From contig JAYZHR010000025.1 of assembly GCA_036166355.1 (NCBI GenBank), forward strand, positions 131-64,130: a stretch of 64,000 bases of DNA. The letters are read 5' to 3'. Position 1 is the first letter of the stretch; each line of letters opens with the position of its first letter. The notes beneath the pieces were generated by a model, which was not told the origin of the DNA, did no database searches, and saw nothing but the letters and a program-made list of their open reading frames with translations. The translations under genes were made by a program, and so were the position numbers. This stretch comes from Verrucomicrobiota bacterium (GTDB lineage Bacteria; Verrucomicrobiota; Verrucomicrobiia; Limisphaerales; UBA1096). Below, one piece after another: positions 17,882 to 28,384 of the stretch.

Positions 17882-19312
17882 CTAGTTTTTGACCCAAGGC
17901 TTTCTGGAATTCTTCGTGATTTCTTTATCGAGAGCTTCCATTCGGGCACGAAGTCTATTTACGACTCCCGGTTTTACTTCAGCTAAGTTGGTTTGCTCTC
18001 CGACGTCCATTGCTAGATTGAAGAGAAAAACTTTAGGCGGCTCAATATTTGTCTGTCTGGGGTTAATGGGCTTACGAGCATTACGAGGACGAGGCTTCTT
18101 CACGATTAATTTCCAGTTGTCTCTTCTTATTCCTTCGATTGCTCCTCGGGAGGTATAATAAAGGAATTCTTTTCGGGGAGATTGTTTTGAGGTGCCTTTC
18201 CAGAGCCCGGATACATCCATCCCATCAATTTTATTTGTTCCAGCTAAGGGCTCGCCAGTTAATGCTGCGATGGTCGGGAGAATGTCGATAGTACCAGTGA
18301 GTTCATTGCAAACGGTTCCAGCGGGAATGTCGGGTCCTCGCATTACGTAAGGAACACGTTGCCCCCCTTCAAAGGTGGTCCCTTTGCCGTCCCGAAGTGG
18401 GCCTGCGGACCCGCCATGGTGGCGAAAAGGAAGCCACGGGCCATTATCCGTTGTGTAAATTATGTAGGTATTTTCTGAGAGTTTCAATTCGTCCAAGGTC
18501 TTTAGTATGCGCCCAACTTCAAAGTCGATGTGCTCAATAGTATTTATGTAGGCGTTCTTGGGATCAGAATCACGGATCTCGTCTGGCACATATAAAGGAA
18601 TATGTGGCATTGAATGAGGAAGATAAACGAAGAATGGTTTTTTCTTGTTGGCTTTGATGAACTCTATGGATTTTTGCGTATACCTTCTTGTGACGGTGCG
18701 TTGATCTACAGGAAGCTCAATGATTTTTTCATCTTCAATCAATGGAGTATTCCACTTGGTTAGAGTTGATTCTGGATTTGCCCAGAGGATATCCATTCCC
18801 TCCCATCCGCCACGAGGTTTCCCTTTATTATCGGGGTGATTCATATCATTTGAATAAGGGATCCCATAGTAGGTGTCGAAGCCGTTCGCTGTAGGTAAAA
18901 CTTCCTTGTGGTGGCCTAGATGCCATTTGCCAAAGCAAGCCGTGGCATAGCCCTGTAATTTTAAGTGATCAGCTATCGTGTGTTCTTTTGGGTTTAATCC
19001 CTTTTTGGATGAGGGGAATAGAACATGTTGGTGCATGCCAATGCGTTTAGGGTAACACCCTGTGAGCAAAGCTGAGCGGGAAGGAGTACAAACCGGAGAA
19101 GCAACCATGAAGCTCGTGAATTTTCGACCCTCATTGGCGATACGATCGATGTTTGGTGTTTTAATAGTTTTAGAACCAAAACAGCTTAAGTCGCCGTAGC
19201 CCTGATCATCAGTAAATATGATTATGAAATTTGGTTTGGCAGCTTGGGCGTGTTCAGTTGAGATTAAGAATACGCCAGTTATGAAGGCGATTAGATATAT
19301 TAGTTGTTTCAT
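17882..19312 (-). CDS. secreted sulfatase (arylsulfatase A-like, Cys-type)
   Basis: Signal peptide. PNFIIIFTDDQGYGDLS, the formylglycine motif CTPSRSALLTG, and GKWHLG. Close paralogue of 6575-8029. Confidence 0.85.
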   Translation of the reverse strand: MKQLIYLIAFITGVFLISTEHAQAAKPNFIIIFTDDQGYGDLSCFGSKTIKTPNIDRIANEGRKFTSFMVASPVCTPSRSALLTGCYPKRIGMHQHVLFPSSKKGLNPKEHTIADHLKLQGYATACFGKWHLGHHKEVLPTANGFDTYYGIPYSNDMNHPDNKGKPRGGWEGMDILWANPESTLTKWNTPLIEDEKIIELPVDQRTVTRRYTQKSIEFIKANKKKPFFVYLPHSMPHIPLYVPDEIRDSDPKNAYINTIEHIDFEVGRILKTLDELKLSENTYIIYTTDNGPWLPFRHHGGSAGPLRDGKGTTFEGGQRVPYVMRGPDIPAGTVCNELTGTIDILPTIAALTGEPLAGTNKIDGMDVSGLWKGTSKQSPRKEFLYYTSRGAIEGIRRDNWKLIVKKPRPRNARKPINPRQTNIEPPKVFLFNLAMDVGEQTNLAEVKPGVVNRLRARMEALDKEITKNSRKPWVKN

Positions 19313-19414
19313 TAGAGATAATTAAATCAAGATCATAGGCTGTTTCGTAGAAACTAAGAAAGAGAGTTTGTGCAAAATATGATTTGAAGCTTTTGCTCGT
19401 AGCGGACGCGCAAA

Positions 19415-20815
19415 TTACACTTCGCTCAGAGATTCAGTGCTTCCGCCAAAGCTTTTAGCATCAACGCCCAGTTTCTGAAGCATAGTTAAATAAAGATTAG
19501 AAAGAGGCAATTCGGTATAGCTCATCTCAGCCCGCCAGCCGGCATCGGTAGAGATTCCAGACGTGGCCTGATTGCTTTCGTTGCCTTTCCCATATCTTAG
19601 ATATTGGCCATGTTTAAAGCCCATGTTGTTCCCTCCAATTAGTATGAGAGGATAATTGCGAGATAAATGGAAAGCACTTGAAGCAGAGCCAAATAAGAGT
19701 ACCGTGTTATCAAGCATGTTTCCTTGGCCCCCGGGTTCCTGAGTGTTTTTGAGTTTGCTTGCAAAACGCCCGAGTTCTTCATTAATAAATCGACAGTATG
19801 TACCAAAATTTTTCCAACCATCGGGTTCTCGGGTTGCATGGGAAAGTTGATGTGTAAGTTTAAACCCAACAGCTCGACCAAGATAATCACTAATGCCAAC
19901 TCCATTTTCACGGCCAAGTTGATAGGTCGCTACTCGAGTAGTGTCGGTTTTAAATGCGAGGTATATAAGCTCATACATCGTCTGCAAATACGTACGAGGA
20001 TCTTCAGGCGTGATATCGAGTTTTAGATGATCTGCATCGATCTGAGGCAAAGGCATGTTCAGCCAGCGTTCAGCTTTTTCAATCTTAGCTTCAGTTTCTC
20101 GAACCGATTGCAGGTATTCGGCAAGTGTGTCTTGGTCGTGTTTGGATAATGAGTTATTTAGTGAGCGTGCGTCCTCCAATAGGTCATCAAGTGCACTCTT
20201 GTTAAGCGATAGGCGTTGAGCAGACTCTTCCCCGCTTTTTACGAATAGCATGTCGAAAATGCGTTTTGGTTTATGCTCGGCAGGGATTGGTCTTCCGTTG
20301 CTGTTAAAGGACAACGTTTGAGCCCCTCGGGGAGAACCGGTGCCTCCGTCAGTAGACATAATCATGGATGAATGTCGTGTTTGCATACCGACATGAGCAG
20401 CAAAAACTTGGTCTAGTGAAATACTGTTTTGATAATCACCGTCTGCTCCGGTGTCTGCCCCAGTCAGAAACTGGTCAGCATTTGAATGGCCATGAACTCT
20501 TCGTACGGCCGGGTGGGACAAGCCGGAGAATATCGTTAAATCCTTACGAAGTGGGGTTAACGTTTCCATGCACTTGGTAAAGGTGAAATTATTACCTTGG
20601 CCATGTGGGAACCAGCTCCACTCCTTGAAAGCAGGATCTTTTTCCAGAGGCATAGGTACTCCGTCTGGCATGTAAAAACAGGCAAGCCTCTTCTTCTCTT
20701 TTCTTTTTGTTTCTTGAGCTAGGCCGGAGAACGATTCAAACCAAGGTAAGGCGAGTGCAATTCCCGCGCCTCGTAGAAATTTCCGGCGATCTAGAGAAGA
20801 TAAATTGATATTCAT
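19415..20815 (-). CDS. DUF1552 domain protein with Tat-type signal
   Basis: DRRKFLRGAGIALALPWF twin-arginine signal. Colinear with 14118-15491. Lies 19 nt downstream of a DUF1592-type giant. Confidence 0.8.
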   Translation of the reverse strand: MNINLSSLDRRKFLRGAGIALALPWFESFSGLAQETKRKEKKRLACFYMPDGVPMPLEKDPAFKEWSWFPHGQGNNFTFTKCMETLTPLRKDLTIFSGLSHPAVRRVHGHSNADQFLTGADTGADGDYQNSISLDQVFAAHVGMQTRHSSMIMSTDGGTGSPRGAQTLSFNSNGRPIPAEHKPKRIFDMLFVKSGEESAQRLSLNKSALDDLLEDARSLNNSLSKHDQDTLAEYLQSVRETEAKIEKAERWLNMPLPQIDADHLKLDITPEDPRTYLQTMYELIYLAFKTDTTRVATYQLGRENGVGISDYLGRAVGFKLTHQLSHATREPDGWKNFGTYCRFINEELGRFASKLKNTQEPGGQGNMLDNTVLLFGSASSAFHLSRNYPLILIGGNNMGFKHGQYLRYGKGNESNQATSGISTDAGWRAEMSYTELPLSNLYLTMLQKLGVDAKSFGGSTESLSEV

Positions 20816-20834
20816 GACTTCGCTCCAACAGGGT

Positions 20835-23507
20835 TTATTTTAACTGAAATAAATCACTTTTCACAATCAGAATCACTAGGTCTCTCAGGCCACTTCCTTT
20901 CTTTTGGAGATTTGAGGCTATGAGGTCGACTCGCGAACGGTCGCCAAAATTTAATGGCCTGCCAAGCGCATAAGCAGCCAATTTGTGGGTTAAAGCACGA
21001 GTAAATTGTTCCTGCCTATTATTCAGAAGGTACGCTTTCAAGCCTTGCATCCCTTTTAGCTCATATTTATTGAATAATATTCCTTTAGCATCAACTGGAT
21101 TATTGCCGATTTTATTGCGCCACCTCCCTAGTGCATCGTAGTTTTCAAATGCAATTCCCCAAGGGTCAATTTTTGCATGGCAAGACAGGCAAGCAGGGTC
21201 ATCTCTGTGACTTGCCATGCGCTGCTTGAGAGTTAGTTTCATAATTTCCGGGTCGGCTAGATCAATTTCTGGAACGGCGGGGGGAGGGGGCGGAGGAGGG
21301 TCATTAAGCAGGTTTTCCAAAAGCCATATGCCACGTTTAAGTGGGTGAGAGTCTTTACCGTCGGAATTCATTGCTAGTAGGCCTGCTTGTGTAAGAACTC
21401 CTCCGCGTCTGTCGGGAGTTCTTAGTTTCACTGCTCGTAGTTCATTACCAATGACCTCGGGCATCTTGTAATGCTCAGCAAGTCGATCATTAGCCATTAT
21501 GTAGTCAGAATGAAGAAAATCCATTATGCTATGATTGTGTTTCAGGATCTCTTCAAAAAAGGCAACCGGTTCCTTTCGCATGGATTCCAAGACGAGTGGG
21601 TCGAAGCGGCCGTTGTTTTTTGTTGTGCCGTCGGGGGTTGTTAAAAAAGCCTTGGAATCGATCTTTAAGAAATCCAAAAGCTCGAGCCCGAGCCACTGAC
21701 GAGTAAAGTGGTGTGTAAATCTTTTGACTTTAGAATCAGTCAGTAGCCGTAATGTTTGGGACTGTAGGATTTCTGGATTTCGAAGTTTTCCTGCTTTAGC
21801 AAGACTTAGTAGTTCAGTGTCAGGAGTGCTACTCCATAAAAAAAATGAAAGCCGACTAGCTAGTTCAAAATCGGTAATGCGATCTGCGCCTCTTGCCACA
21901 TTCCTTTCGCTATTTTGAACTACGTATAGAAACTTTGGTGACGACAGGACCGCAGACAAGACTTCAATAATGGCCTCTTGAAAGTCCTTGCAGCTAGGGC
22001 GTAATTTTATGAAGAGAGATAGTTTTTGATCGACTTCTTTTTTCGTTACTTGCTTTCTCCAGGCCCGACTCATGAAACTAGTAAGTATAGCGGCCGCATA
22101 TTTTTCCTCATCATGATGCAGGATTTCTTGGAAGAAAATTCGAGAGTGGGATTCGGGCGGCCATTGCTTGAATGTGGGAGCTATAATTTCAATATAGTCA
22201 ATCTTGGCAGCAACTTTTGCACTCGAATCGTTATGGAAAGAAAGGAATTCAGCCGGATTAGGCAGATCTCCTAGCTTTGTAATATGTCTGTACGCGTTAC
22301 GGGTAATTTCGCTAAGCGGGATGTCCCAATGATAGAACTCAGGTTTGTCGGGATGCGCTGTAACTGTAATATCGCGACCACCTGCCCTCACAGCTACTCG
22401 TGAATCGTTGCTTGCTTGATTCCCAAAATATAATCGCAATGTTGGAGGATGTTTTTCTTTAGCTGAATATTGTGCTGCTCGAATGCGTACTCGCATATTC
22501 CCTGAATCTGGCAAGCCGTCGCCCAAGTCGACTATATACCTTGCATTTGCGGGGATCACAATTACGTCTGGAGAGATTGTAGGGACCTCTGGGCGAGTTA
22601 GGGTTGGAGTCCAAGCATACTTGGCGCCATTATAACTCCAGCGGGGGCCGATTCCTTGGCCGGTAACTAAATCTCTGTAGTGTATGCCATTATGATCTCG
22701 AGGGAATTTTTCAGTCTGTTTTTCTATTGCTTCTTCAAGGCGAGTCTGGAACCACCAAGAATCAAAAGGAATTCCTTGCTCCTTAATCAACTCTCGTGTC
22801 CTCTCAATATTCGTTGAGTACTTAGCATTGATTCTTTTTGCAGCGGCTTTCATTGAGATTCCATAGTAAACAGTTTTGGGGCGTTCGCCACGAACGGTTG
22901 CTTGCTTTAGAGCTTTGAGTGCTATTTGCCTGTATTGCTCAAACTGTACAGCTGTCATTTGAAGCATTTCAGAACTGTTCTTGAAACCGTCTTCCGAGCT
23001 GGTTTCTGGAGGGAGATCTCTAGAAAAATCAAGCGGCACACCAAGTAAGTCCTGCAAGACATATTTGTATTCATATCGAGTCATTCTTCGAAACGATGTA
23101 TGGCCTTTTTCGATTCGACGCACTTGCGAAGCAGTTTGAATTTCTTTAGATAGCCAATCGATAATGCTTGCTTTCTCGGTGTCTGCGAGTTGCTCCTCGA
23201 CGTCTTCCGGAGGCATTTCGCCATTACTGATAACGTCAAACACTTCCAGCCACCATTTCACATCCTTCCCCTTCAATAGGTTAGGATCAAGTGTGTCTAT
23301 TCGAAATTCTCCCTTTTGTTTTAAAGGACCGTGACATCCCATGCACGTCCGCCTCAAAATTGGCTCTACTTCTGTTTGGAACTTGGCTAAGCGGGCCTTG
23401 GGCAATTTCTTAGAGGCGGCCGAGGCAAAAGCTAGGCCGTTACTTAGAAGTACAAATAAAATTGTCCAAAAAAAGAACCTCATGAGCTTCCGCACTGCTA
23501 CCACCAT
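20835..23507 (-). CDS. large secreted PSCyt / DUF1587-DUF1592-DUF1588-DUF1585-type protein with two CxxCH motifs
   Basis: Start is ambiguous (ATG 23507 or 23483); the longer track start at 23573 would overlap the upstream gene. CMGCHGPLKQKGEFRID, LNDPPPPPPPAVPEI, and DPACLSCHAKIDPWGIAFENYD. Confidence 0.8.
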   Translation of the reverse strand: MVVAVRKLMRFFFWTILFVLLSNGLAFASAASKKLPKARLAKFQTEVEPILRRTCMGCHGPLKQKGEFRIDTLDPNLLKGKDVKWWLEVFDVISNGEMPPEDVEEQLADTEKASIIDWLSKEIQTASQVRRIEKGHTSFRRMTRYEYKYVLQDLLGVPLDFSRDLPPETSSEDGFKNSSEMLQMTAVQFEQYRQIALKALKQATVRGERPKTVYYGISMKAAAKRINAKYSTNIERTRELIKEQGIPFDSWWFQTRLEEAIEKQTEKFPRDHNGIHYRDLVTGQGIGPRWSYNGAKYAWTPTLTRPEVPTISPDVIVIPANARYIVDLGDGLPDSGNMRVRIRAAQYSAKEKHPPTLRLYFGNQASNDSRVAVRAGGRDITVTAHPDKPEFYHWDIPLSEITRNAYRHITKLGDLPNPAEFLSFHNDSSAKVAAKIDYIEIIAPTFKQWPPESHSRIFFQEILHHDEEKYAAAILTSFMSRAWRKQVTKKEVDQKLSLFIKLRPSCKDFQEAIIEVLSAVLSSPKFLYVVQNSERNVARGADRITDFELASRLSFFLWSSTPDTELLSLAKAGKLRNPEILQSQTLRLLTDSKVKRFTHHFTRQWLGLELLDFLKIDSKAFLTTPDGTTKNNGRFDPLVLESMRKEPVAFFEEILKHNHSIMDFLHSDYIMANDRLAEHYKMPEVIGNELRAVKLRTPDRRGGVLTQAGLLAMNSDGKDSHPLKRGIWLLENLLNDPPPPPPPAVPEIDLADPEIMKLTLKQRMASHRDDPACLSCHAKIDPWGIAFENYDALGRWRNKIGNNPVDAKGILFNKYELKGMQGLKAYLLNNRQEQFTRALTHKLAAYALGRPLNFGDRSRVDLIASNLQKKGSGLRDLVILIVKSDLFQLK

Positions 23508-23548
23508 CCGCCACTTTCTGCCAGTGGATTTGTCAATGATTGTTGCCT

Positions 23549-24694
23549 TTACTTTAAAGGATTCTCGAACCACGCAACGTTTTTGCTTTGTTGGCCGGCA
23601 ATGAGGGTGTCCAGATCACCATCTCCATCCATGTCAACTAGACGGATATCGTAGGCTGCTTGATTGTTATGGATAATATGAGTCGTGAATTTACCTTTCC
23701 CGTCATTTTCAAACCAAGCGGCTTTTCTGCTAACATAAGCACAGGTGACGGCGTCGATATCACCATCGGCGTCGATATCACCTACTTGAAGGCAGTGAGG
23801 CGACATAAGCTCAGTGTTGATGTTATGAATTTTCCATTTGGGGTTCTCATACCAAAAAAGTCCGGTGCCATGACCTCGTGCAGCGATAAGGTCCAGTTTG
23901 CCGTCATTGTTTACATCGGCAGGCATAATATTTGTAGCGCCGGTATGCTTGCCAGGTAAGAGATGTTTTTTGAAAGGCTTGGTTGCATCCTTGCCTGCCT
24001 CCCACCACGCAAACCATTCGCCTTTGCCGGACTTATCGTGAGGTCCGCCTTTGGCAGCGAGTGTGATGTCGAGTAGCCCATCGCCATTAACATCACCCGC
24101 TCCGAGATAATGACTCAGCCCAGGAGCGTTGTTTTTGGCAAATACATGACGCGTCCAGCGACTAGTCTTAAGAGGGTTTTTGGGAGCTTCAAGCCAAACA
24201 GCGGAGTCAGGAAACTTCCCCTTTGGTTGAGCGCTATTGGCTAGAAGGTCAAGTTTGCCATCGTTGTTGACATCTGCCTTGAGAACTCCATGTATCCCAA
24301 TAATTTCGTCCTCAATAATCCGAGTTTTCCATTGAGTGCCAGTTGGATTCTTGTTCGGCTGTTCGAACCACACAATGAGTCCGGGCTGATAACGTGCACC
24401 TATAAAGTCTGCATCCCCATCATTGTCCACATCAAAGGTCTCACCATGAATGAAAGTGTGATCTTCATCGCTGCCAATTATGATTTGTTTCCAGTCCGGG
24501 GCTACGAACAACCGCGTTTTACTGCCGGCATTGCTAATGATATCGACTTTGCCATCTCCAGTGAAATCTGCGGCTACTACAACGTTGTTATGAAGTCCTT
24601 CCCAGACGATGTGACGTTTCCAGTTTCCTTTGACTGCAGCTTGAGCGGCACATGTTATGAAGGCATGAATTAAAAAAATTCTGAATATAACCAT
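23549..24694 (-). CDS. secreted FG-GAP / VCBS repeat protein
   Basis: Signal peptide. Repeated Ca-binding-type loops: DFTGDGKVDI, DVDNDGDADF, DVNNDGKLDL (x2), DVNGDGLLDI, DIDADGDIDA and DMDGDGDLD. Confidence 0.75.
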   Translation of the reverse strand: MVIFRIFLIHAFITCAAQAAVKGNWKRHIVWEGLHNNVVVAADFTGDGKVDIISNAGSKTRLFVAPDWKQIIIGSDEDHTFIHGETFDVDNDGDADFIGARYQPGLIVWFEQPNKNPTGTQWKTRIIEDEIIGIHGVLKADVNNDGKLDLLANSAQPKGKFPDSAVWLEAPKNPLKTSRWTRHVFAKNNAPGLSHYLGAGDVNGDGLLDITLAAKGGPHDKSGKGEWFAWWEAGKDATKPFKKHLLPGKHTGATNIMPADVNNDGKLDLIAARGHGTGLFWYENPKWKIHNINTELMSPHCLQVGDIDADGDIDAVTCAYVSRKAAWFENDGKGKFTTHIIHNNQAAYDIRLVDMDGDGDLDTLIAGQQSKNVAWFENPLK

Positions 24695-24939
24695 AGCATT
24701 TATCGAGGTGTATTGTGTTTAAGAGAAGAGAGATTTATATCAATTTGCTTTACTGAATGACAACACAATCAGCGTAATGATACTCGACTCTATCTAAAAC
24801 TATTTTTTGTAAAAAAAGGTGTTAATCTCGGTAGTTGTCGAGCTGATCGCTCGCTTTGTAAAGGGAAAATGGTTATTCCCACGTTGGCTAAGCACATGGT
24901 TGTTCTTGTACACGTGGCAAAGCTAATTAGACTTTTCGT

Positions 24940-26205
24940 GTGCGCATTTTAATTTCACTATTTTTTACAGTTGTAAGTCTAAGTGCAGAAAATTGGCCAG
25001 GTTGGCGCGGCCCACATGGAGATGGCATTAGTAACGAGAAAGATGTCCCGAAATTATGGAGCGAGAAAAAAAATATTGTCTGGAAAATAGCAATCAAAGG
25101 GGAAGGGCATTCATCGCCTATAGTTTGGGGGGATAGAATTTTCCTTACTACCAGTTTAACCAAGCAAAATGAGAGGCGCTTATTGTGTTTTGATAAGGTA
25201 ACTGGGAGGCTTTTATGGGATAAATTGGTGGTTCAATCTCCGCCTGAGTCGATTCATCGTCTTAACAGTCGTGCTTCAGGCACGCCTGCTACAGATGGCA
25301 AAATGGTCTATGTTACATTTATGCGGGCAGAAGGGGCAAAAGTAGTTGCGCCTAATGTTGGATCAGAGCGGATGATCACGCCGGGTAAGATTATTGTTGC
25401 TGCCTACGATTTTAAGGGAGAGCAAAAGTGGAAAACCAACGTTGGTGATTTTATCAGTGCTCATGGGTTTAACTCTTGTCCGGTAGTCTTTGAGGATTTA
25501 GTGATAATTAATGGGGATCACGATGGTGATGCTTATATTGTGGCGCTTGATTGCAATACCGGGAAGGAAAAGTGGCGAATACTTCGTGAAAATAAAACGC
25601 GTAGTTATGTAACACCTATTATTCGTGAGATTAAGGGAAGAACACAGATGCTTCTCTCTGGAAGTTTATCAGTAGCAAGTTATGATCCTCGCACAGGAAA
25701 ACGTCATTGGGTTTTAGATGGGCCAACCGAACAGTTTGTCGCATCTATGGTTTATAATGGGAAATATGTTTTTGTTACTGGCGGCTATCCAGAACGCCAT
25801 ATTTTAGCGATTAAGCCAGATGGCACCGGCAACATTACAGACACACATATAGCATGGCGTACTACTCGAGGTGCGGCTTATGTGCCTTCTCCAGTGGTTG
25901 TAGGGCGATACTTGTTAATTGTTGCAGATAGCGGCATTGCTAGTTGCTTTGATGCGATGAGCGGCAAGCGCCACTGGCAGGAGCGATTGCCCGGAGGGCA
26001 TAGTCCATCGCCTGTTTCGGCCAATGGTTTGGTATATTTTACATCAGACAGAGGGATTACTTCAATTGTTAGACCTGGAACCACCTTTGAGGTTTTAGCA
26101 AAAAACAATTTAGGGGAGCCGGTCTCTGCCAGTCCGGCCATCAGTCAAGGACAGCTTTTTATAAGGACCCATCAGCATCTATATTGTATTGGCGAATTGA
26201 AATAG
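24940..26205 (+). CDS. secreted PQQ-like (BamB-like) beta-propeller repeat protein
   Basis: GTG start and signal peptide. ENWPGWRGPHGDGIS N-terminal motif and repeated W/G-rich blades. Paralogue of 60142-61500. Confidence 0.7.
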   Translation: MRILISLFFTVVSLSAENWPGWRGPHGDGISNEKDVPKLWSEKKNIVWKIAIKGEGHSSPIVWGDRIFLTTSLTKQNERRLLCFDKVTGRLLWDKLVVQSPPESIHRLNSRASGTPATDGKMVYVTFMRAEGAKVVAPNVGSERMITPGKIIVAAYDFKGEQKWKTNVGDFISAHGFNSCPVVFEDLVIINGDHDGDAYIVALDCNTGKEKWRILRENKTRSYVTPIIREIKGRTQMLLSGSLSVASYDPRTGKRHWVLDGPTEQFVASMVYNGKYVFVTGGYPERHILAIKPDGTGNITDTHIAWRTTRGAAYVPSPVVVGRYLLIVADSGIASCFDAMSGKRHWQERLPGGHSPSPVSANGLVYFTSDRGITSIVRPGTTFEVLAKNNLGEPVSASPAISQGQLFIRTHQHLYCIGELK

Positions 26206-26225
26206 TTTTAAGTGATAGCTGATAT

Positions 26226-26846
26226 ATGAGTCGCAAGAGACATCTATCTGATGAAGAAACACTGATATATCCGATCAGCTCCGCAATTGAGCCTATCAAT
26301 ATAAAAAATTTGTTCCCAGTTGAACAATCAATGGAGTTGGAGCTTGGGTGTGGCGATGGATCATTTACATTGGATTATGCTATTGGGAACCCATCGCGAA
26401 ATGTTGTTGCATTAGAACGTTTGCTCGGTCGTATCACTAAGCTCAATCGAAAAGCTCATCGAGCTGGATTACGTAATTTAAGATTACTTCGAGCAGAGGC
26501 GGGCTACGTTATTAAGTATCTATTACTCCCGGAATCATTTAATGCTATACATGTATATTTTCCTGATCCTTGGCCAAAAAAGAGGCATCATAAGAATAGG
26601 TTGATTACTAAAAAATTTCCGCCTCTGGTGAAGCGGTTGCTCCGTAGTAATGGCGTCGTTTATATGCGTACTGACAACATGGAATATTTTGAACAAATGT
26701 TGGATGTATTTGGCTTGGCCAAGGGATTTGACTCAGTTGAGACGCCAGAGTCTCTTAAAAAGTTTATCACGGACTTTGAAAGGGATTTTAATTCTCAGGG
26801 AATTCCAACCAAATACGCCGCTTACAGAAGAATAACAGATAATTAA
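26226..26846 (+). CDS. trmB: tRNA (guanine-N7)-methyltransferase TrmB
   Basis: LELGCGDG SAM motif and FPDPWPKKRHHKNRL, the diagnostic TrmB motif. Confidence 0.85.
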   Translation: MSRKRHLSDEETLIYPISSAIEPINIKNLFPVEQSMELELGCGDGSFTLDYAIGNPSRNVVALERLLGRITKLNRKAHRAGLRNLRLLRAEAGYVIKYLLLPESFNAIHVYFPDPWPKKRHHKNRLITKKFPPLVKRLLRSNGVVYMRTDNMEYFEQMLDVFGLAKGFDSVETPESLKKFITDFERDFNSQGIPTKYAAYRRITDN

Positions 26847-28384
26847 GGATTTTTTGGAATAACTAATTGTTGGCCTTCTCTTAGTTTAGATGAATTCAGT
26901 GGAGGGTTTGCTCGTCGAATCGATTGTATAGATGAATTATTTTTTCGAGCAATACTACTAAGAGTATCTCCTTTTTTTACTCTGTAAACAGTGCGTACAT
27001 CTGCACGGGTGAGATACGCTAGAAATTCCATTCGCATAATTGCATCAGGATTAAAGGTAGCTTGCCCGAAGCTTGGACTGCTTACTTTTACTTCCGTTTT
27101 CGCCCATTGATCTAATAAGAATGTCAATTGACTTCCATCACTAAGATAGGCAATGACACGTTCTTTAAGTGGCATATTTAGGCTGGTTTTACTTGTTGAT
27201 GGCTCGATTTGTTTTACCCGTTCAAGGGGGACTGGAAATTCGCCTTCGGAAGTTTTGACTTGAAGTTTACCATCTGAAATTCCCATGACAGTCCCTTCCA
27301 TTCGATCGTTGTTGATTAATTTTACAAGATCATTTTCGGATCCTATAGGATGAGTAGAGGGCTCTTGAAAACGACCATCCCATTCTTCAGCACGTAAATT
27401 AGCGATACGGACTGCGCCGCGTCCTTGGTGTACGATGCGAACGCCTGTTCCTTCGCCAACAAAGCCGTCTGAGTCTGTCCATTTCCTTATTACTTTGCCG
27501 TTGATTGCAACACCGATCATTTTTTCTGGTTTGCTTGCAAAGAATTCAACATGAGACTTGGATTCGTTACGAAAGCCAGGGAGGGTAGCTTGTCCAAGAT
27601 AGGTCAGTGGTTCGTTTTTTTTCACAGGCAGCAGATTTACCGAGTAGCTATTTAATTGAATACTGTAAAATCCACCGAAGTCCGGTTCGTTCTCTTTAGT
27701 TGAGAGGCTGATAGGATGAAGAGTATCAGTATATAGTGCAAATGCTAGGTGCAGAGATCCGTTCCACTCGAGGTCAAAAGAGAGTCGGGATCGATCAGGC
27801 AGATTTAAATTTCGTGCAATTGAAGCAGCCGGTTTGGCATGAAATCCACCATTATGATAGCGCCATTTACCTGACTGCCCAAGGACTTCGTTGGTGATCT
27901 TGCCATGAGTCCACCCCGAGTCACTTCCAGGCCCTTGAAAAATAGTTTTAAGGTTTTTGGCTAAAGGGGCTATTTTCCGAATGCTACGCCGGTTAACATC
28001 CACTCTCCCCGAATGCCAGGTATCGAACTGGAATTTTTTTTCTGTTATGCCCACAAGATTACCTCGAAAATGATCTCCATTGATCAATTGTACTTCACAG
28101 ATGTTGCCGGGAGGCAGTTTGACAGGGGGGGCACTATCAAGTGTGACTTCGGTAATGCTATCAATGTTGAATTGCAATAATGATTGTGAATCTGAATGTT
28201 TCCACGAAATGCCGGTGGCTTTGTCATAGGATTTGAGTTTGCCGCGTAACCAATCTCCGTTAGTGAAATGAATTGTGGAATTTTGTGGTTCGCCCAAAAC
28301 AGTTTGGCAAAGAGCTAGAATTAATCCTGCAACACTTTGCAGCATCAATTTATAAGGAAAATATTTATACGTCCTTTCAATCAT
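26843..28384 (-). CDS. secreted repeat / jelly-roll-like protein with C-terminal LysM domain (function unknown)
   Basis: Trimmed to the ATG at 28384 (8-nt overlap with the upstream stop; MIERTYKYFPYKLMLQSVAGLILALCQTVLG is a signal peptide). Four ~45-aa NGD-type repeats flank a ~190-aa core. C-terminal LysM: YRVKKGDTLSSIARKNNSSIQSIRRANP...GQQLVIP. Its stop overlaps the trmB stop (TTAA at 26843-26846). Confidence 0.6.
   Translation of the reverse strand: MIERTYKYFPYKLMLQSVAGLILALCQTVLGEPQNSTIHFTNGDWLRGKLKSYDKATGISWKHSDSQSLLQFNIDSITEVTLDSAPPVKLPPGNICEVQLINGDHFRGNLVGITEKKFQFDTWHSGRVDVNRRSIRKIAPLAKNLKTIFQGPGSDSGWTHGKITNEVLGQSGKWRYHNGGFHAKPAASIARNLNLPDRSRLSFDLEWNGSLHLAFALYTDTLHPISLSTKENEPDFGGFYSIQLNSYSVNLLPVKKNEPLTYLGQATLPGFRNESKSHVEFFASKPEKMIGVAINGKVIRKWTDSDGFVGEGTGVRIVHQGRGAVRIANLRAEEWDGRFQEPSTHPIGSENDLVKLINNDRMEGTVMGISDGKLQVKTSEGEFPVPLERVKQIEPSTSKTSLNMPLKERVIAYLSDGSQLTFLLDQWAKTEVKVSSPSFGQATFNPDAIMRMEFLAYLTRADVRTVYRVKKGDTLSSIARKNNSSIQSIRRANPPLNSSKLREGQQLVIPKNP

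Noticed and set aside
24711-24918. Short inverted repeats in the divergent intergenic region: ATTGTGTT/AACACAAT about 45 nt apart, CCACGT/ACGTGG about 27 nt apart, and CGAGC/GCTCG.
   Set aside because: The arms are 5-8 bp with long loops and are expected by chance in 245 bp of AT-rich DNA. No recognisable riboswitch or operator pattern is present.
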